Part shown: piece after piece, positions 1 through 12,452 of the stretch
Numbering within the stretch: the stretch's first letter is position 1
Layout of the letters: the number at the start of each line of letters is the position of its first letter
Notes under the pieces: model-generated
Told to the model about the DNA's origin: nothing
The model's input: only the letters and a program-made list of their open reading frames with translations
The model's database searches: none
Program-made: the position numbers and the translations under genes
Source: Lytechinus pictus
Lineage: Eukaryota
Assembly (NCBI RefSeq): GCF_037042905.1
Contig: NC_087252.1
Span: forward strand, 11,844,001 to 11,904,000
Direction: 5' to 3'
Length of the DNA: 60,000 nt

Positions 1-197
1 CATGAAACACCAATAATTATTGTTAACGTTAACCCATCATATTAAACGATATGTAATGCACTTGATCTATAGAAAGTTTTGATATCAATGAAATAATTTC
101 TACTTTTTACATATGGGTTTTAGAACCGTCCAACATAAACTCGCATTTATAACAATTGAATTTCAGAGAGCCGGAAAATTTAAGCATCACAATTTAC

Positions 198-1201
198 CCG
201 ACCCTCAAGATTTCGGATAGCGGCAGCATCTCTATCTGAATCGGGTTTGAAATACATTGTCACATGGAGACTCAAATTGATAACAATTCAACACATGCCA
301 TTTACCATATAGAACAATCCATATGTTTACCTTGATGAATAATCCTTTCAGCTTTCATAAACCAGGAAAAGTATTATCATATGTGTGTGAAATGCACAAC
401 CTCGTGCTTGTTATCAATTATCTATTTAGAACCACCATTTGCAATCATGACAATGGTTGATAAATCAAGAATCTGGGATTCTAATTTCACCGAAAAATCA
501 CATATGACATGGTGAACCTATAACATATATATCCTGATTTACCACAATTTCAGCCATGTCTTTAAAGCATTCGAAAATACCTTAATTATTAAAACTGAAT
601 TACAAAAGTTTCATTCGCTTACCGATGGCTTGAGTTTCTCAGACTTGAAAAATTGTCAAGTTTACACTGAAGTAAAAGGTTAAATATTTCTGCCTTTGGA
701 TCAGAAAAAATAAGTAATTCTTGCATAATTTCAGCAAGCTCAAGAAAACAAAAACAAATTATCTTCAACTGCATTTTCAGAGCAGCCACAACCAACTTTT
801 TTTCCCTCATGGTGTTCAAGTTGAGGTGTGTCCACTCTGTACAATAGCAATCCACATACCATGTATAAAACCCAATTAGGTGCATTGCTATGCTTTCCTA
901 TTCAAAATACACAATGCTAGGCCAAGACAGTTATGTCTTGCACAGCTGAATAACTCCTCACCATCAATGGCGTTCTCACTGTCATTGATTCAACTTACAT
1001 TTTTGTAAAAGTAATTATCAGATTTTACTCATTTAAATCAAAGGGAATGCATTTTCAACGTGACAGACATAAACATCTGAGTGTTATCCGCATAAATCAA
1101 CATGATACTGAACAGAGTGATGCCGAAAATATTTTTCATTCCGATCACATACAGAGAAAACAAGACAGGCCCGCCAGAGAGTAACGTAGAAGGTAAGCGG
1201 T
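198..1201 (-). pseudogene. Decayed TM exon (about 1050-1201) and cytoplasmic mini-exon relics downstream of gene A
   Basis: Acceptor followed by DRLPSTLLSGGPVLFSLYVIGMKNIFGITLFSIMLIYA with no good donor; AG..GT-bounded mini-exons at about 622-693, 332-421 and 198-235, some with stops. Confidence 0.5.
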
Positions 1202-1584
1202 CTGTAATCAGTCTTTTATACATTAAATGCATTAAAAACGGTTTGTGAATGACTTGACAAATATGAAAAAATATGCTTCCTTGCATAACAAGTAAATATA
1301 GCATCAGATGGAGCTTCAAAAAGGTCAAAATTGCCCAACCTTGAAGACTATTGCTTGTGGAATGTCGAGGTCCCGATGCTTGTCAGTATATCTTACCTGT
1401 AAGGCCTTTGCTTATGCCAAACTGTTAAAAAAACTGTCAAAATTGATTAAGTGCTTTAGAAATTAAATCCCCGTACTCATACGTACTGTTTATCATGTAC
1501 TGTTTACATCAGGTGGGCCACAATAATGCTTTTGAGTGCCAGTACTGTAATAATTATGTAGTCATTCTATTCTATGATTAAAAA

Positions 1585-1685
1585 TCATAACTTGGTTTTA
1601 AATACTGGTTGGCTGTCAACGAAGAGAGTTGAAGATGTCGTCTCGTTTTTTTCAACGATGATCCAAGACTGTGGATTTGGGATAA
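1585..1685 (-). CDS. IgSF gene A terminal exon: truncated FN3 stub ending in a stop
   Basis: TGCAG acceptor, phase 1: IPNPQSWIIVEKNETTSSTLFVDSQPVFKTKL*; aligns to the start of the FN3 exon at 41516 (IPDPPRLIVDQNQTTSSTLFVAWQ). Confidence 0.65.
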
Positions 1686-2146
1686 CTGCATTTTTATGTA
1701 AAACAAGTCAATAAAGAAAAGAGAGTGATAGGTAAACAGTAAATGGTTACAATGATATTTGTAACTAGCCAATAATCTATGCCACACTACCCTCACACAG
1801 CTGGCATATAATAATGAGAATAATAGTAATAGTAATAATAATAACAACAATTATAATAATAGTAATACTGATAATATAATTTGAAATTATTATAGAATTT
1901 TATATGTCCGTCATGACTCGTCCTGGCTGAATATTGCTGGATTATGAATTAACGACGAAATTAGTGAAGAAAACAATTTTTACGTTCGTTTTTTATCGAT
2001 GCGTGTCAATAATGCAAATAAATATCAGTGTAATTCTGAATCAAGCAAAAGTTACGATCGCGGGAATTTTAAAACGAAATAAACGATTACAAATTTGCAT
2101 CGATTTCTATTTCGCAATGGCCTACTCAGTGATTATTGATACCCAC

Positions 2147-2455
2147 ATGACACGTTCAAGATCATGCTCCCATTCATCGATAGATTTAAGGGTGATGTTG
2201 GTTGAACTGCCTGGCATAGAATATGTTTCCCATTGTCAAACATATTTGGTACGAAGGTCAGAGTGCTTTCAGCATCATATCGATCAGCGCTGTTGATAGA
2301 TGTCTTCAGGGTTGAATTGCCTGTGACGTTTCTTGATCCGATATACCAATGGATGAGAGGAGCAGGGTACCCATTGCGAGCTGTGCAGGTTATGTTGATC
2401 TTTATACCGTCTCTGAGATCCTCTGGGATCATGAGTTTAATATCATCCAGTGGGC
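2147..2455 (-). CDS. IgSF gene A C2-type Ig exon (C2c)
   Basis: AAG/GTGGGT boundaries, 309 nt open; ITCTARNGYPAPLIHW...DNGKHILCQA. Confidence 0.9.
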
Positions 2456-2777
2456 CTTATGGAACACATTAACAAAAAAAAAGTGAAATGCAGGATTCAT
2501 AATACTTGATGTAAAATGTAGGCCTTTTTGGTGGGTACTGATGGCATACCACCAACTAGCTACTATGAGAATACAAAATGTAAAAACGAACCCTTAGGCT
2601 CAGATGTAAAAACCAACTTGGCATAAGCCATTAGTTTGGATGATGTTCATTGGGGTTATTTGCCAGGCAAATTTTTTAGCACATTTGGTATATTTTTTGT
2701 AAAAAAATGCATTCGCAATGGAAGAACATATTTAGCCATGATATCCAATAGATGATTCAAGATCTTAAATAACTCAC

Positions 2778-3125
2778 CGTACACCATTAATCTGGCTAGC
2801 GCTTGATCAACAAAGTTGCCATCCATATATGCGTTGCATTGAATGTACTGTCCGTGATCCTTCATCTCTAGAAGTATTGTGATGGAACTCTCAGTATTGA
2901 CCAGATTATCATCTGAAATGACACTACGAGTCTTTTTGTTGTCAAGAATGCTAATATTGCCATTGGGAAAATACCATTTTAATTCAGTAGCTGGGAATGA
3001 CCCAATCGCTTTACACGTGACAGAAGTGTTTGAGTCTTCTTTAATGTATAGACTTCTCGACGGAGTTCCATGTTCTTGGTGGCCTTCAGAGTGAAGAACC
3101 AACAGCAGCATACTAGATGGTAGAA
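2778..3125 (-). CDS. IgSF gene A C2-type Ig exon (C2b)
   Basis: CAG/GTGAGT boundaries, 348 nt open; VTCKAIGSFPATELKW...DHGQYIQC. Confidence 0.9.
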
Positions 3126-3431
3126 CTGCAAGATGAAAGCAGCGGATTGACATACAGAACTTATTAATATCACGTAAAATCAACTCAAGTGTATAATTTC
3201 TAAAGTGTTATTAAATAAAGACGTTTTGAAAATTAGAAATACGAGAGAAGCAGAGAAAAAAAAAAGACGCGTGTCACAAGACATTGAGATGGTAACTAGG
3301 TAACTAACCACAAAAGAAAGCTTACACTTAACATGCTTAAAGTTGTTTATATGTCAGTAAATATCAGACAAAATGAGAAGGATGGTATGAACATCTCGTT
3401 AAATATTCTTTCCTTCCAAGGTGATACATAC

Positions 3432-3764
3432 CGTGAACATTCAGATGAACCGATAGTTGAAGATTGTTTTGAAGTTGTGGATGTGATGCAATGCACTCAA
3501 GTATCCTTCCTCGGTCATTCCTAGAGGCTTTGATTGTTACAGCTTTTTGGGAGATATACAGGTCGTCTTGTATGTCATTAGACTGATGACGAGATAAAGA
3601 TATTACACCGTAGGGTATGTGCCACTGCAGTACTGCAGGAGGCCTTGCCCAGTATACTTCACATATGATGTTAAGGCGATGTCCAGCCGTTACGGTTATA
3701 GTCGCATTGTGAAAGTAAGGACGATTCGATCTCTCGTCTATGACACGAATCCTGAAGGGTGGAG
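3432..3764 (-). CDS. IgSF gene A C2-type Ig exon (C2a), missing from the ORF track
   Basis: CAG/GTATGT boundaries, 333 nt open: APPFRIRV...NIICEVYWARPPAVLQW...NDRGRILECIASHP; paralogous to 10749-11081 and 52709-53038. Confidence 0.9.
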
Positions 3765-4257
3765 CTGGTGACAGAAAAACAGAAACATATACATGTAGGT
3801 CTACTTTATTTTGGAAGGAATTAATTTCACAGGTCTGAAAATAATGAAAGTTTACCTCTTATGGAAGGAATATAGTTTTCTAAATTATGTCGCCATTCTT
3901 AGATTAATGACACTAGGGATATATTGCCATTTGCTTGATCAGGTTATTCAATTATTGCCTTACTGTCCATGTAATCGATATTATTAAGGTGTATGTCGAG
4001 GAAAGAACAAATATCAATTGTCCTGCATAAAGCAGCTCACCTACTCATGCAGAAGTAATGAACGCTCAGTCATGTAACATGTACTTTTAAATTAGCCAAA
4101 CACCAGGCAAATATGCCATCTATTCAATTCAACATAATCGATAGTGGAGGCCATTGCGAAAGACTTTTATTTGTGGAATCCTCTGTCCTTCCTACGGTGG
4201 CCATAACAGCGACCTTAAATTTATTCAATTCCAGAGGCAGATCTTAGTTCCACTTTG

Positions 4258-4294
<37 letters not shown>

Positions 4295-4531
4295 CATAAA
4301 TTTATATATCCAACTCCTCTTTCTCTCCCGGAGAGGGTCGCCCGGGCGGAACAGTGCCAAATCTTTGGGAGGGGGTTTTGGACGCAGTGCGTTGCAGCTC
4401 ATCGTCTTTGGGCCGCACCAACAGTACTGATCAAACCCCTTCTAGTAAAAATATAGATCCGTCACTGCTATTTAAGCACAAATTCTCCTTTCGGGCTTAA
4501 TATCCCAATATCGTTGTTGCAATTTACTAAC

Positions 4532-4885
4532 CTGGTGAAAATGGCGTTACATGTATGCTCCCGGATCCAGGTTTCTCATTTCCGTATGTGCTGCTTAATG
4601 AGCAAGTATAATTATCGCTATCATCTTCATCAAGATTCCTAATGGTTAAATTTCCACTCGAATTATCAGCCGACAAGCTGAACTTCTCTGGGTCAAGATA
4701 GGTTGACAATATGCAATCCCTATACGGTAAACATGAATGAGAGGCCACCTCGACATTGCCACCCTTGGTCCAGACCACTCGCCGATTTCTTGATTCTGGT
4801 GTGAACCAACAGAACATCGTAAAGTCTTCACCGATGACTGGAAGAGACTTGTCTGTCTGGATAGACACTTCAAATGCATGGTTTC
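4532..4885 (-). CDS. IgSF gene A V-set Ig exon
   Basis: CAG acceptor, GTTAGT donor, 354 nt open; LPVIGEDFTMFC..VVW..GNLTI..DDSDNYTC Ig motifs. Confidence 0.9.
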
Positions 4886-5389
4886 CTGTATGGATGAGAC
4901 GTAGGATTCGTTGGAGCAAAATCCACGATAAACATGATATATATGAAGTGATGTAATGATAAATACCACACACCCTCTGGCATAGCCAAATGTAAGGATA
5001 GACTGATAGGGCAAGATTGGGCACCCAAGTATTTATATTTACGTATTGGGTCATGGGGTTCAAATTTAAATTGTGTGGATTATGCCACTAAGGATGGGAA
5101 AAGGCTTAAACAACTCTACTCTATAAACTTTCGATAATTACCAAATTAGTGCACAATATGTTTCCATAGCGCTTCTCCGGGTTGGTTATTCTAGGTCCCT
5201 CTTCAATAAATTTATTTTGCAACAAGGATAACAGATTTATATTTCCTTTTAGCACAACTTACGTTAGGTTTCCTTAGTCATGTGCCTCCTTTTTGGACAC
5301 GTTTCTGAGGTGCTCAGACACCGGTGGATAAATCTATTGCATAATAAGAGCGACCTCCACTTCTTTATCCCGAATCACTTACACCTAGA

Positions 5390-5660
5390 TCGATGCTCAG
5401 TTTATTTTTTCTGATATTCGATGAAGTTCCATTACAACAAGGTCTGGGATTCTACGGCGGCACTTGTTTCCTTTGGCAAGGCATTTATCTTCATTTGCCA
5501 CTCATGTGTAGTAAATTGATACCTGGTAGGAAGGAATTCCTTGAATGTTCGATGCGCCCGTTCAAGGTAGCCGTTCCAAAGCCGGGTAAATAACAAACAG
5601 AGCTTAGACCTATTTGGATTAAGCGCTAAATGATGCATATTAATGTTATTATTATTGTTA
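5390..5660 (+). mobile_element. Decayed SINE in gene A intron 1
   Basis: TTTCCTTTGGCAAGGCATTTATC..TACCTGGTAGGAAGGAATTCCTTGAATG core, also present inverted at 13900-13990; (TTA)n tail. Confidence 0.55.
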
Positions 5661-5758
5661 ACTCTAGGTCTGTTTACATTCTACAATATCTACTTAATAC
5701 ACTCATATATAGGCCTACACCTATGCTACAATGAGTAATTAAGTCTAGGTAAACTTAC

Positions 5759-5813
5759 CAAAAGAAATGGCAGGGCTCAGCAATAGATAAATAATTTGAA
5801 AAATGAACTCCAT
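5759..5813 (-). CDS. IgSF gene A exon 1: signal peptide (MEFIFQIIYLLLSPAISF-G)
   Basis: ATG, 18 mostly hydrophobic codons, then a phase-1 donor G|GTAAGT that matches the phase-1 V exon downstream. Confidence 0.8.
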
Positions 5814-6451
5814 GACTATAGATATCGACAAATATCAAGCTGAGAATTTGAGAACAAGATACGATCGAGTGCATTATGATGTTTAAGAATCCATATTGAT
5901 TTATAGCTCTGTAAACTAGTATTATAGAATCGATACAATAGGGATTCAGTTTCACAACACCAATAAGACATCAATTTAAAATGACATTTTGCGTGACTTG
6001 ATGAATGAATAAGGTGGCGCTCTTTGTTGCATGGGTTATTTAAAATGGAAGTCTTTGCAACCGCTTCAATAAGAACCGGAAATATACTTTGACAAACGAT
6101 AAGTGGCTTTGGATGAAGTTATTACACTGCTTTAGTGTGTTATATTCAGCAATACAGAATCTCACAGATGCAAATAATTTAAGGAATATTGAAATAAAGA
6201 AATACAGATCTTTATTTGTTTTTATTATGCCGAGGCTTATACAAGTGTTTAATACATGAAACACCAATAATTATTGTTAACGTTAACCCATCATATTAAA
6301 CGATATGTAATGCACCTGATCTATAGAAAGTTTTGATATCAATAAAATAATTTGTACTTTTTACATATGGGTTTTAGAACCGTCCAACATAAACTCGCAT
6401 TAATAACAATTGAATTTCAGAGAACCGGAAAATTTAAGCATCACCATTTAC

Positions 6452-7489
6452 CCGATCCTCAAGTTTTCGGATAGCGGCAGCTTCTGTGTCTGAGTCTCCA
6501 TGTCTGTCACATGGAGACTCAAATGATAGCAATTCAACACATGCCATTTACCATATAGAACAATCACTATATGTTTATTTACCTTGATGAATAATCCTTT
6601 CAGCTTTCATAAACCAGGGAAAGTATTATCATATGTATGTGAAATGCACAACCTCTTGCTTGTTATCAATTATCTATTTAAAACCACCATTTGCAATCAT
6701 GACAATGGTTGATATATCAAGAATCTGGGATTCTAATTTCACCAAAAAATCACATATGACATTGTGAACCTATGACATATCTATCCTGATTTACCACAAT
6801 TTCAGCCATGTCTTTAAAGCATTCGAAAATACCTTAATTATTAGAACTGAATTACAAAAGTTTCATTCGCTTACCGATGGCTTGAGTTTCTCAGACTTGA
6901 AAAATTGTCAAGTTTACACTAAAGTAAAAGGTTAAATATTTCTGCCTTTGGATCAGAAAAATAAGTAATTCTTGCATAATTTTAGCAAGCTCAAGAAAAC
7001 AAAAACAAATTATCTTCAACTGCATTTTCAGAGCAGCCACAACTAACTTTTCTTTCCTCATGGTGTTCAAGTTGAGGTGTGTCCACTCTGTACAATATCA
7101 ATCCACATACCATGTATCAAATCCAATTAGGTGCATTGCTATGCTTCCTATTCAAAATACTTAATGCTAGGCCAAGACAGTTATGTCTTGCACAGCTGAA
7201 TAACTCCTCACCGTCAATGGCACACTCAATAGATACCTTCTCTCTTTCTACCTCTTTCTTTCCCACTGCCCTTGATTTAACTTACATTTTTTGTAAAAGT
7301 AATTATTATATTTTACCCATTTAAATCAAAGTGAATGCATTTTCAACGTGACAGGTATAAACATCTGAATGTTACGGCATAGATCAATATGATACTGAAC
7401 AGAGTGATGCCGAAAATATTTTTCATTCCGATCACATACAGAGAAAACAAGACAGGCCCGCCCATAGAGTAACGTAGAAGGTAAGCGGT
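6452..7489 (-). pseudogene. Decayed TM and cytoplasmic exon relics downstream of gene B
   Basis: Paralogous to 198-1201; TM-like MKNIFGITLFSIILIYAVTFRCLYLSR* is out of frame with its acceptor; 38-nt mini-exon DTEAAAIRKLEDR at about 6452-6489. Confidence 0.5.
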
Positions 7490-8428
7490 CTGAAATCTGA
7501 ACAGCCTTTATGCATTAAAAACGGCTAGTGAATGACTTGACAAATATGACATAATATGCTTCCTTGCATAACAAGTAAATATAGCATCAGATGGAACTTC
7601 AAAAAGGTCAAAATTGTCCAACCGTGAAGACTGTTGCTTGTGAAATGTCGAGGTCCCGATGCTTGTCAATATATCTTACCTGTAGGCCTTTGCTATTAAA
7701 TGCCACAATGTTAGTTTACTCAAACTACCCAAAATTGATTAGGTGCTTTTAGAATTTAAATCCCCGTACTTACATTCAGTCACAAATGTCAAAATTTTTG
7801 TCCCTCGCCTTTCAACATGTGTGACTAACGGTAACATAATTGAAGGCGATAAAGTATTTAAACAGCTTTCGTATTGTTTAAAAATGTGAACACAATTTAA
7901 TCAATACAAGACCTTAGGTCTATAGGCTTTGACTTCAAATATCGTCAATTATTTGAACATCGGAAGTCACACTGCAAATAACAACTCATTTACCCTTTTA
8001 ATTGTAACAAAATATATGTCTTGTGAATATGCAAATTAAAGGATATTTGAGTATTATTAGGAAGGAATTATTACCTGAAGATAATGAGGATACATTTTCT
8101 TTCAATGACAGAATGGAAACAAGAACGGTGTTTGGTTTTATTCACCAAGAAAGGAAACAAACTGGTCTGTTGAAAACAAGGCATGTTAATGGCTTGAAAT
8201 ATTACTTGTCAATGCCTTTCGCATTGTGTAGAAATGTGTACACAGTTTAATCAATACAAGACCTTAGGTCTATAGGCCTAGACTTCAAATTTCATCAATT
8301 TAGGAAAAACTTAAAACCTGTTATCACGCACCGTTTATATCAGGTGGGCCACAATAATGCTTCTGAGTGCCATCACTGTAGTAATGTTGTAATCCTATTT
8401 GGTACTCATTATATTCTATGATTAAAAA

Positions 8429-8529
8429 TCATAACCTGGTTTTAAATACTGGTTGGCAGTCAACAAAGAGAGTTGAAGATGTCGTCTCATTTTCGTCAAC
8501 GATGATCCAAGACTGTGAATGTCGCATAA
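8429..8529 (-). CDS. IgSF gene B terminal exon: truncated FN3 stub ending in a stop
   Basis: TGCAG acceptor; MRHSQSWIIVDENETTSSTLFVDCQPVFKTRL*; same length and stop position as in gene A. Confidence 0.65.
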
Positions 8530-8935
8530 CTGCATTTTTATGTAAAACAAGTCAAGCAAGAAAAGAGAGTGATAGGTAAACAGTAAATGGCTACAATGAT
8601 ATTTGTAATTTGCCAATAATCTATGCCACACTACCCTCACACAGCTGGCATATAATGATTACAATAATAATAGTTATAATAATAGTAATACTGATGATAT
8701 AATATAAAATTAACATAGAATTTTATATGTCCGTCATGGCTCGTCCTGGCTGAATAATTGCTAGATTATAAAATTTACGACGAATTAAGTGATGAAAACA
8801 ATGCAAAGAGATATCAGTGTAATTCTGAATCAAACAAAAGTTATGATCGCGGGCATTTTAAAACGACATAAACGATTATAAATTTACATCGATTTTTATT
8901 TCGCAATGGCATACTAAGTAGTTATTGATACTCAC

Positions 8936-9244
8936 ATGACACGTTCAAGATCATGCTCACATTCATCGATAGATTTAAGGGTGAAGTTGGTTGAACTGCC
9001 TGGCATAGAATATGTTTTCCATGGTCAAAACGATTTGGCGTGAAGGTCAGAGTGCTTTCAGCATCATATCGGTCAGCGATGTTGACTGATATCTTCATAG
9101 ATGAATGACCGGTGACATTCCTTGACTCAATGTACCAATGGATGACTGGAGCTGGGTATCCATTAACAGCTTTGCATGTTACGTTTGTTTCCATACCGTT
9201 GTATACAACTTCTTCGATAGTCATTTTGACATCAACAGGCAAAG
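8936..9244 (-). CDS. IgSF gene B C2-type Ig exon (C2c, second copy)
   Basis: Weak AAAAG acceptor, GTGAGT donor, 309 nt open; VTCKAVNGYPAPVIHW...DHGKHILCQA. Confidence 0.85.
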
Positions 9245-9574
9245 CTTTTTATAGATAGAAAGGAATAATAATCGTACTTCGTAAACCAGTATAAACATGG
9301 ACCTGGACACGAAGAATTATCTGTTGTTACTGCAGGTGCTGTGGCAATGCTCAACATCGCCAGTAACAATAGAATAATCCTCCGTGGACATGGTCCTGAA
9401 TATAAAAAGAGCAGGACCAGGGTAGGAAGATTCCATTCGGGTCATCTGTCATAATTCGAGTTCTGATGCATGGGCCTACAGATTATTTTCCCCAAGGTGA
9501 TTATGTTGAAACGATTCACTATTTCAATTAATATATATTCTACAAAAACAAACCGAGTAACCAAAGATACTCAC

Positions 9575-9886
9575 ATGATACGTTCAAGATAATGCTTTCA
9601 TTTACAGAGCGTTCCAAGGGCAATGAAGGTTGAACTGCCTGACACAGGAGACGTTTTCCATGATCCAGGATCGTATTAGGTACGAGAACCAATGTGCTTT
9701 CAGCATCATACCGATCTGCTACGTTAAATGAAGTGTTTTGCGATGAATCATCTGTTACATTTCTAGATCCGATATACCATTTGATAAGAGGAGCAGGGTA
9801 TCCATTAAAAGCTCTGCATGTAATGTCGATTGCTATACCGTCGTTAACATCCTGATGGAAAGTCATTATCACTTCTTGAGGTAGAC
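9575..9886 (-). CDS. IgSF gene B C2-type Ig exon (C2c, first copy)
   Basis: CAG/GTGAGT boundaries, 312 nt open; ITCRAFNGYPAPLIKW...DHGKRLLCQA. Confidence 0.9.
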
Positions 9887-10748
9887 CTGAAGACAAGGTA
9901 AAATAAAACAAAACACACTTTTAAATACTCTACATTTTTTGACATCTGTAAATTTGATTTTAGTTAGGAAAAGAATATTAATTTTTCCACATTTCCCCAT
10001 GAAGCAATTTGAAAGACAACTGGAGAGGATCTCCCCCCCCCTCCGTCTCTCTTTCTCCCTCCCTCTCTTTCTCTCACTCGCTCTCTACTTACCCCTCACA
10101 GGTGATATTACCGAAATCATCAATGCTATGAGATTTCTCGTGGAATGAAAAAAGAGGATCAAGCTTAAAAAACGAGACTTCATACCTAGTATTTATAATA
10201 CTTCACGAATTATGTGGAATGTTCAAATTATAGAATACTGAAGATCTTGATAATAATAATTCATCACTTGCTATTTTAGTGTTGATAAGAGAGCTCTTTC
10301 ATATTGGCTTTTGTCTGTGGGTTGTAGTAAATGGTGACTCCGATTATTGCCTAAGATAGACCTGGCTGTCAAGCACTGCTTTATAGTATTTTAGTTGTAT
10401 TACCAAAGTATTACCAAGGTAATTACACTTTTATTTCGATCGGAATAGAAAAAGAAGATGAAAAAGAAGAAGGGAGAGGCAATGAGAGACACATGTAGAC
10501 GATGGCAAAAGGGCTGGGGTATGTATTGTACTTTCACATTACTATTACAGGTCCATGCAAATAACAATGCAAATATCATGCAAATATGAATATGAACATA
10601 CATGTATTCCTCTTTTACGACCAGAAATCAGGGGTATTTGTTTTTAAAGTGATGTATTAAAACCAACAGTCACACAAACAATGGTGATGTACAAATGCAT
10701 TGGTGCAGTTCTACAAACAAATATATAATCTTGTCTTCCAATACATAC

Positions 10749-11081
10749 TGCGAACAGTTAGATGAACTGAGCACTGAAGATTGTCTCTCATTTCTGGATG
10801 CGATGCAAAGCAGTCGAGGACCTTTCCGTCATCGTTCTGGGAAAGCGTAACAGTGACAACTTTCCGAGACATATAGAAGTTATCTTGTACGACATCAGAC
10901 TGCTCCTGAAGAACAGCACTAACTTCACCCGGTATTCGCCATCTCAGAATTGCAGCAGGTCTGGCCCAATACGCTCCACATATGATGTCATATGCCTCTC
11001 CGGATAGTACTGTTACGTAAGTGTTGTGGTTACAGTAACTGCTTGATGAAGGATGTGAGATATGAATCCTGTACGGCCGAG
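10749..11081 (-). CDS. IgSF gene B C2-type Ig exon (C2a)
   Basis: CAG/GTATGT boundaries, 333 nt open; IICGAYWARPAAILRW...DDGKVLDCFASHP. Confidence 0.9.
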
Positions 11082-11776
11082 CTGGCAAATGGGAAAAATT
11101 ATATATATAATAAAGGTTAGGCCGATTGTCTTCGAACGGATATGCTACCCCTCATATTACAAATGCATAAAGACTTAGACGAAGAAAGGCTAGCGGTTAC
11201 CATCGGTTACCAGATCTTCTTGTACCTTATCCCCATTGCAATACAACAGTCACATCGGAGAAATCCAAATCGACCGATGGCATGTCATGGGAAATACCTA
11301 TATCTTTGGTTTGGTAACTTCGTCTTTTGTCGCTTTCGTAGGAATGACTTGCAGCATAAGCTCTCTTATATCAAAATTATTATGGTTATGATTGGCCCAT
11401 AACATGATATTAATTGTGTTTTCACTATTCGTTTGCACTGTTATATGTAGAGGAATCGCAATTGATAATTTACAGTTAAGGCCTATCCTTTTCAAGCTAG
11501 TGTTCCAATTGGGAATGTGTAGTGCCGGGACATTCAGCTATCCAAAGATAGCTAAGAACGCTTATCACACATGGGCCATAAGACCTTCTTATGGGGTTTT
11601 GGAATCCGCCTAGCCTATTTCAATATTGATTAACCAAAAGCCCGAAAATAAATACACATTCCACTTATGTATTCATCTAAATTAAATCGAATTTATTTAA
11701 ATGAGATCCCAATTTGAGTTATGGGAATATCGGGAAAAAAAATTATACTGCATTACAATGGACCACTTAGTTATAC

Positions 11777-12136
11777 CTGGAGACAATGGTATTACTTGCT
11801 TGCTCGTTGATCCGAGTACCTCACTCCTATTATAACAGATAACTGTACAGTTGTACTTGCTGCTATCATCTTTGTCAAGCATCTTTATTGTTAAGTTTCC
11901 ACTCGAAGAATCAGCTTTCAAGCTGTACTTAAATGGGTTATTGCTGTGGGGTAGTCTACAGCTGGGGATACGGTGCGGTATACATATATGAAAAGCCAAG
12001 AGGAAGTTGTCATCCCTGATCCAATTGAGCTCTCGATATCTGGTTTGTGGGGTGAAGATGCACGTCAGGGTGAAATCTTCCCCGATAACTGGAAGAGTGT
12101 GGTCAGTTCTGATAGTGACATCAAATGCATGGTATT
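11777..12136 (-). CDS. IgSF gene B V-set Ig exon
   Basis: CAG/GTATAA boundaries, 360 nt open; LPVIGEDFTLTC..LNW..GNLTI..DDSSKYNC. Confidence 0.9.
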
Positions 12137-12206
12137 CTGCATGGAAGAGATTATACAAAAGAAGAATTCAAGGGACTGATATCTAGTGCTGTCCTATAAA
12201 GTAGAC

Positions 12207-12452
12207 CAAGGGCAGAAATCCGTCTTCAAATGTAGGGGGGGGGGCAGAGGCTGGAATATTTGACAAGCAAAAAAAAAAAGTTACCACCCAATGAGTAAGG
12301 TCATCTCGTCCAAAATACACGTTTTATTTCAATTTCTTTCTTTCCATCATCAAAGATCGAAAATAGTAGGGGGACAGTTGATATTCTGCCTCCCCTACTA
12401 TTTTGGGTAGGGGGACACGCCCCCCCCCCCGCCCCTGGGATTTCCGCCCTTG
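12207..12452. mobile_element. hAT-like MITE
   Basis: CAAGGGCAGAAATCC / GGATTTCCGCCCTTG TIRs; 8-bp TSD AAGTAGAC/TAGTAGAC. Confidence 0.75.

Larger units (their letters stand above)
1..2300. repeat. Segmental duplicate, copy 1 (3' part of gene A)
   Basis: 1-1478 aligns to 6255-7770 and about 1490-2300 aligns to about 8320-9080, with high identity by eye including non-coding sequence. Confidence 0.95.
6255..9080. repeat. Segmental duplicate, copy 2 (3' part of gene B), with an extra ~550 bp at 7770-8320
   Basis: Direct alignment to 1-2300. Confidence 0.95.

Noticed and set aside
1040..1139. MKNIFGITLFSIMLIYA as a signal-peptide exon
   Set aside because: No phase-1 donor; it lies inside a longer acceptor-started TM-like relic, and a better leader exists at 5759-5813
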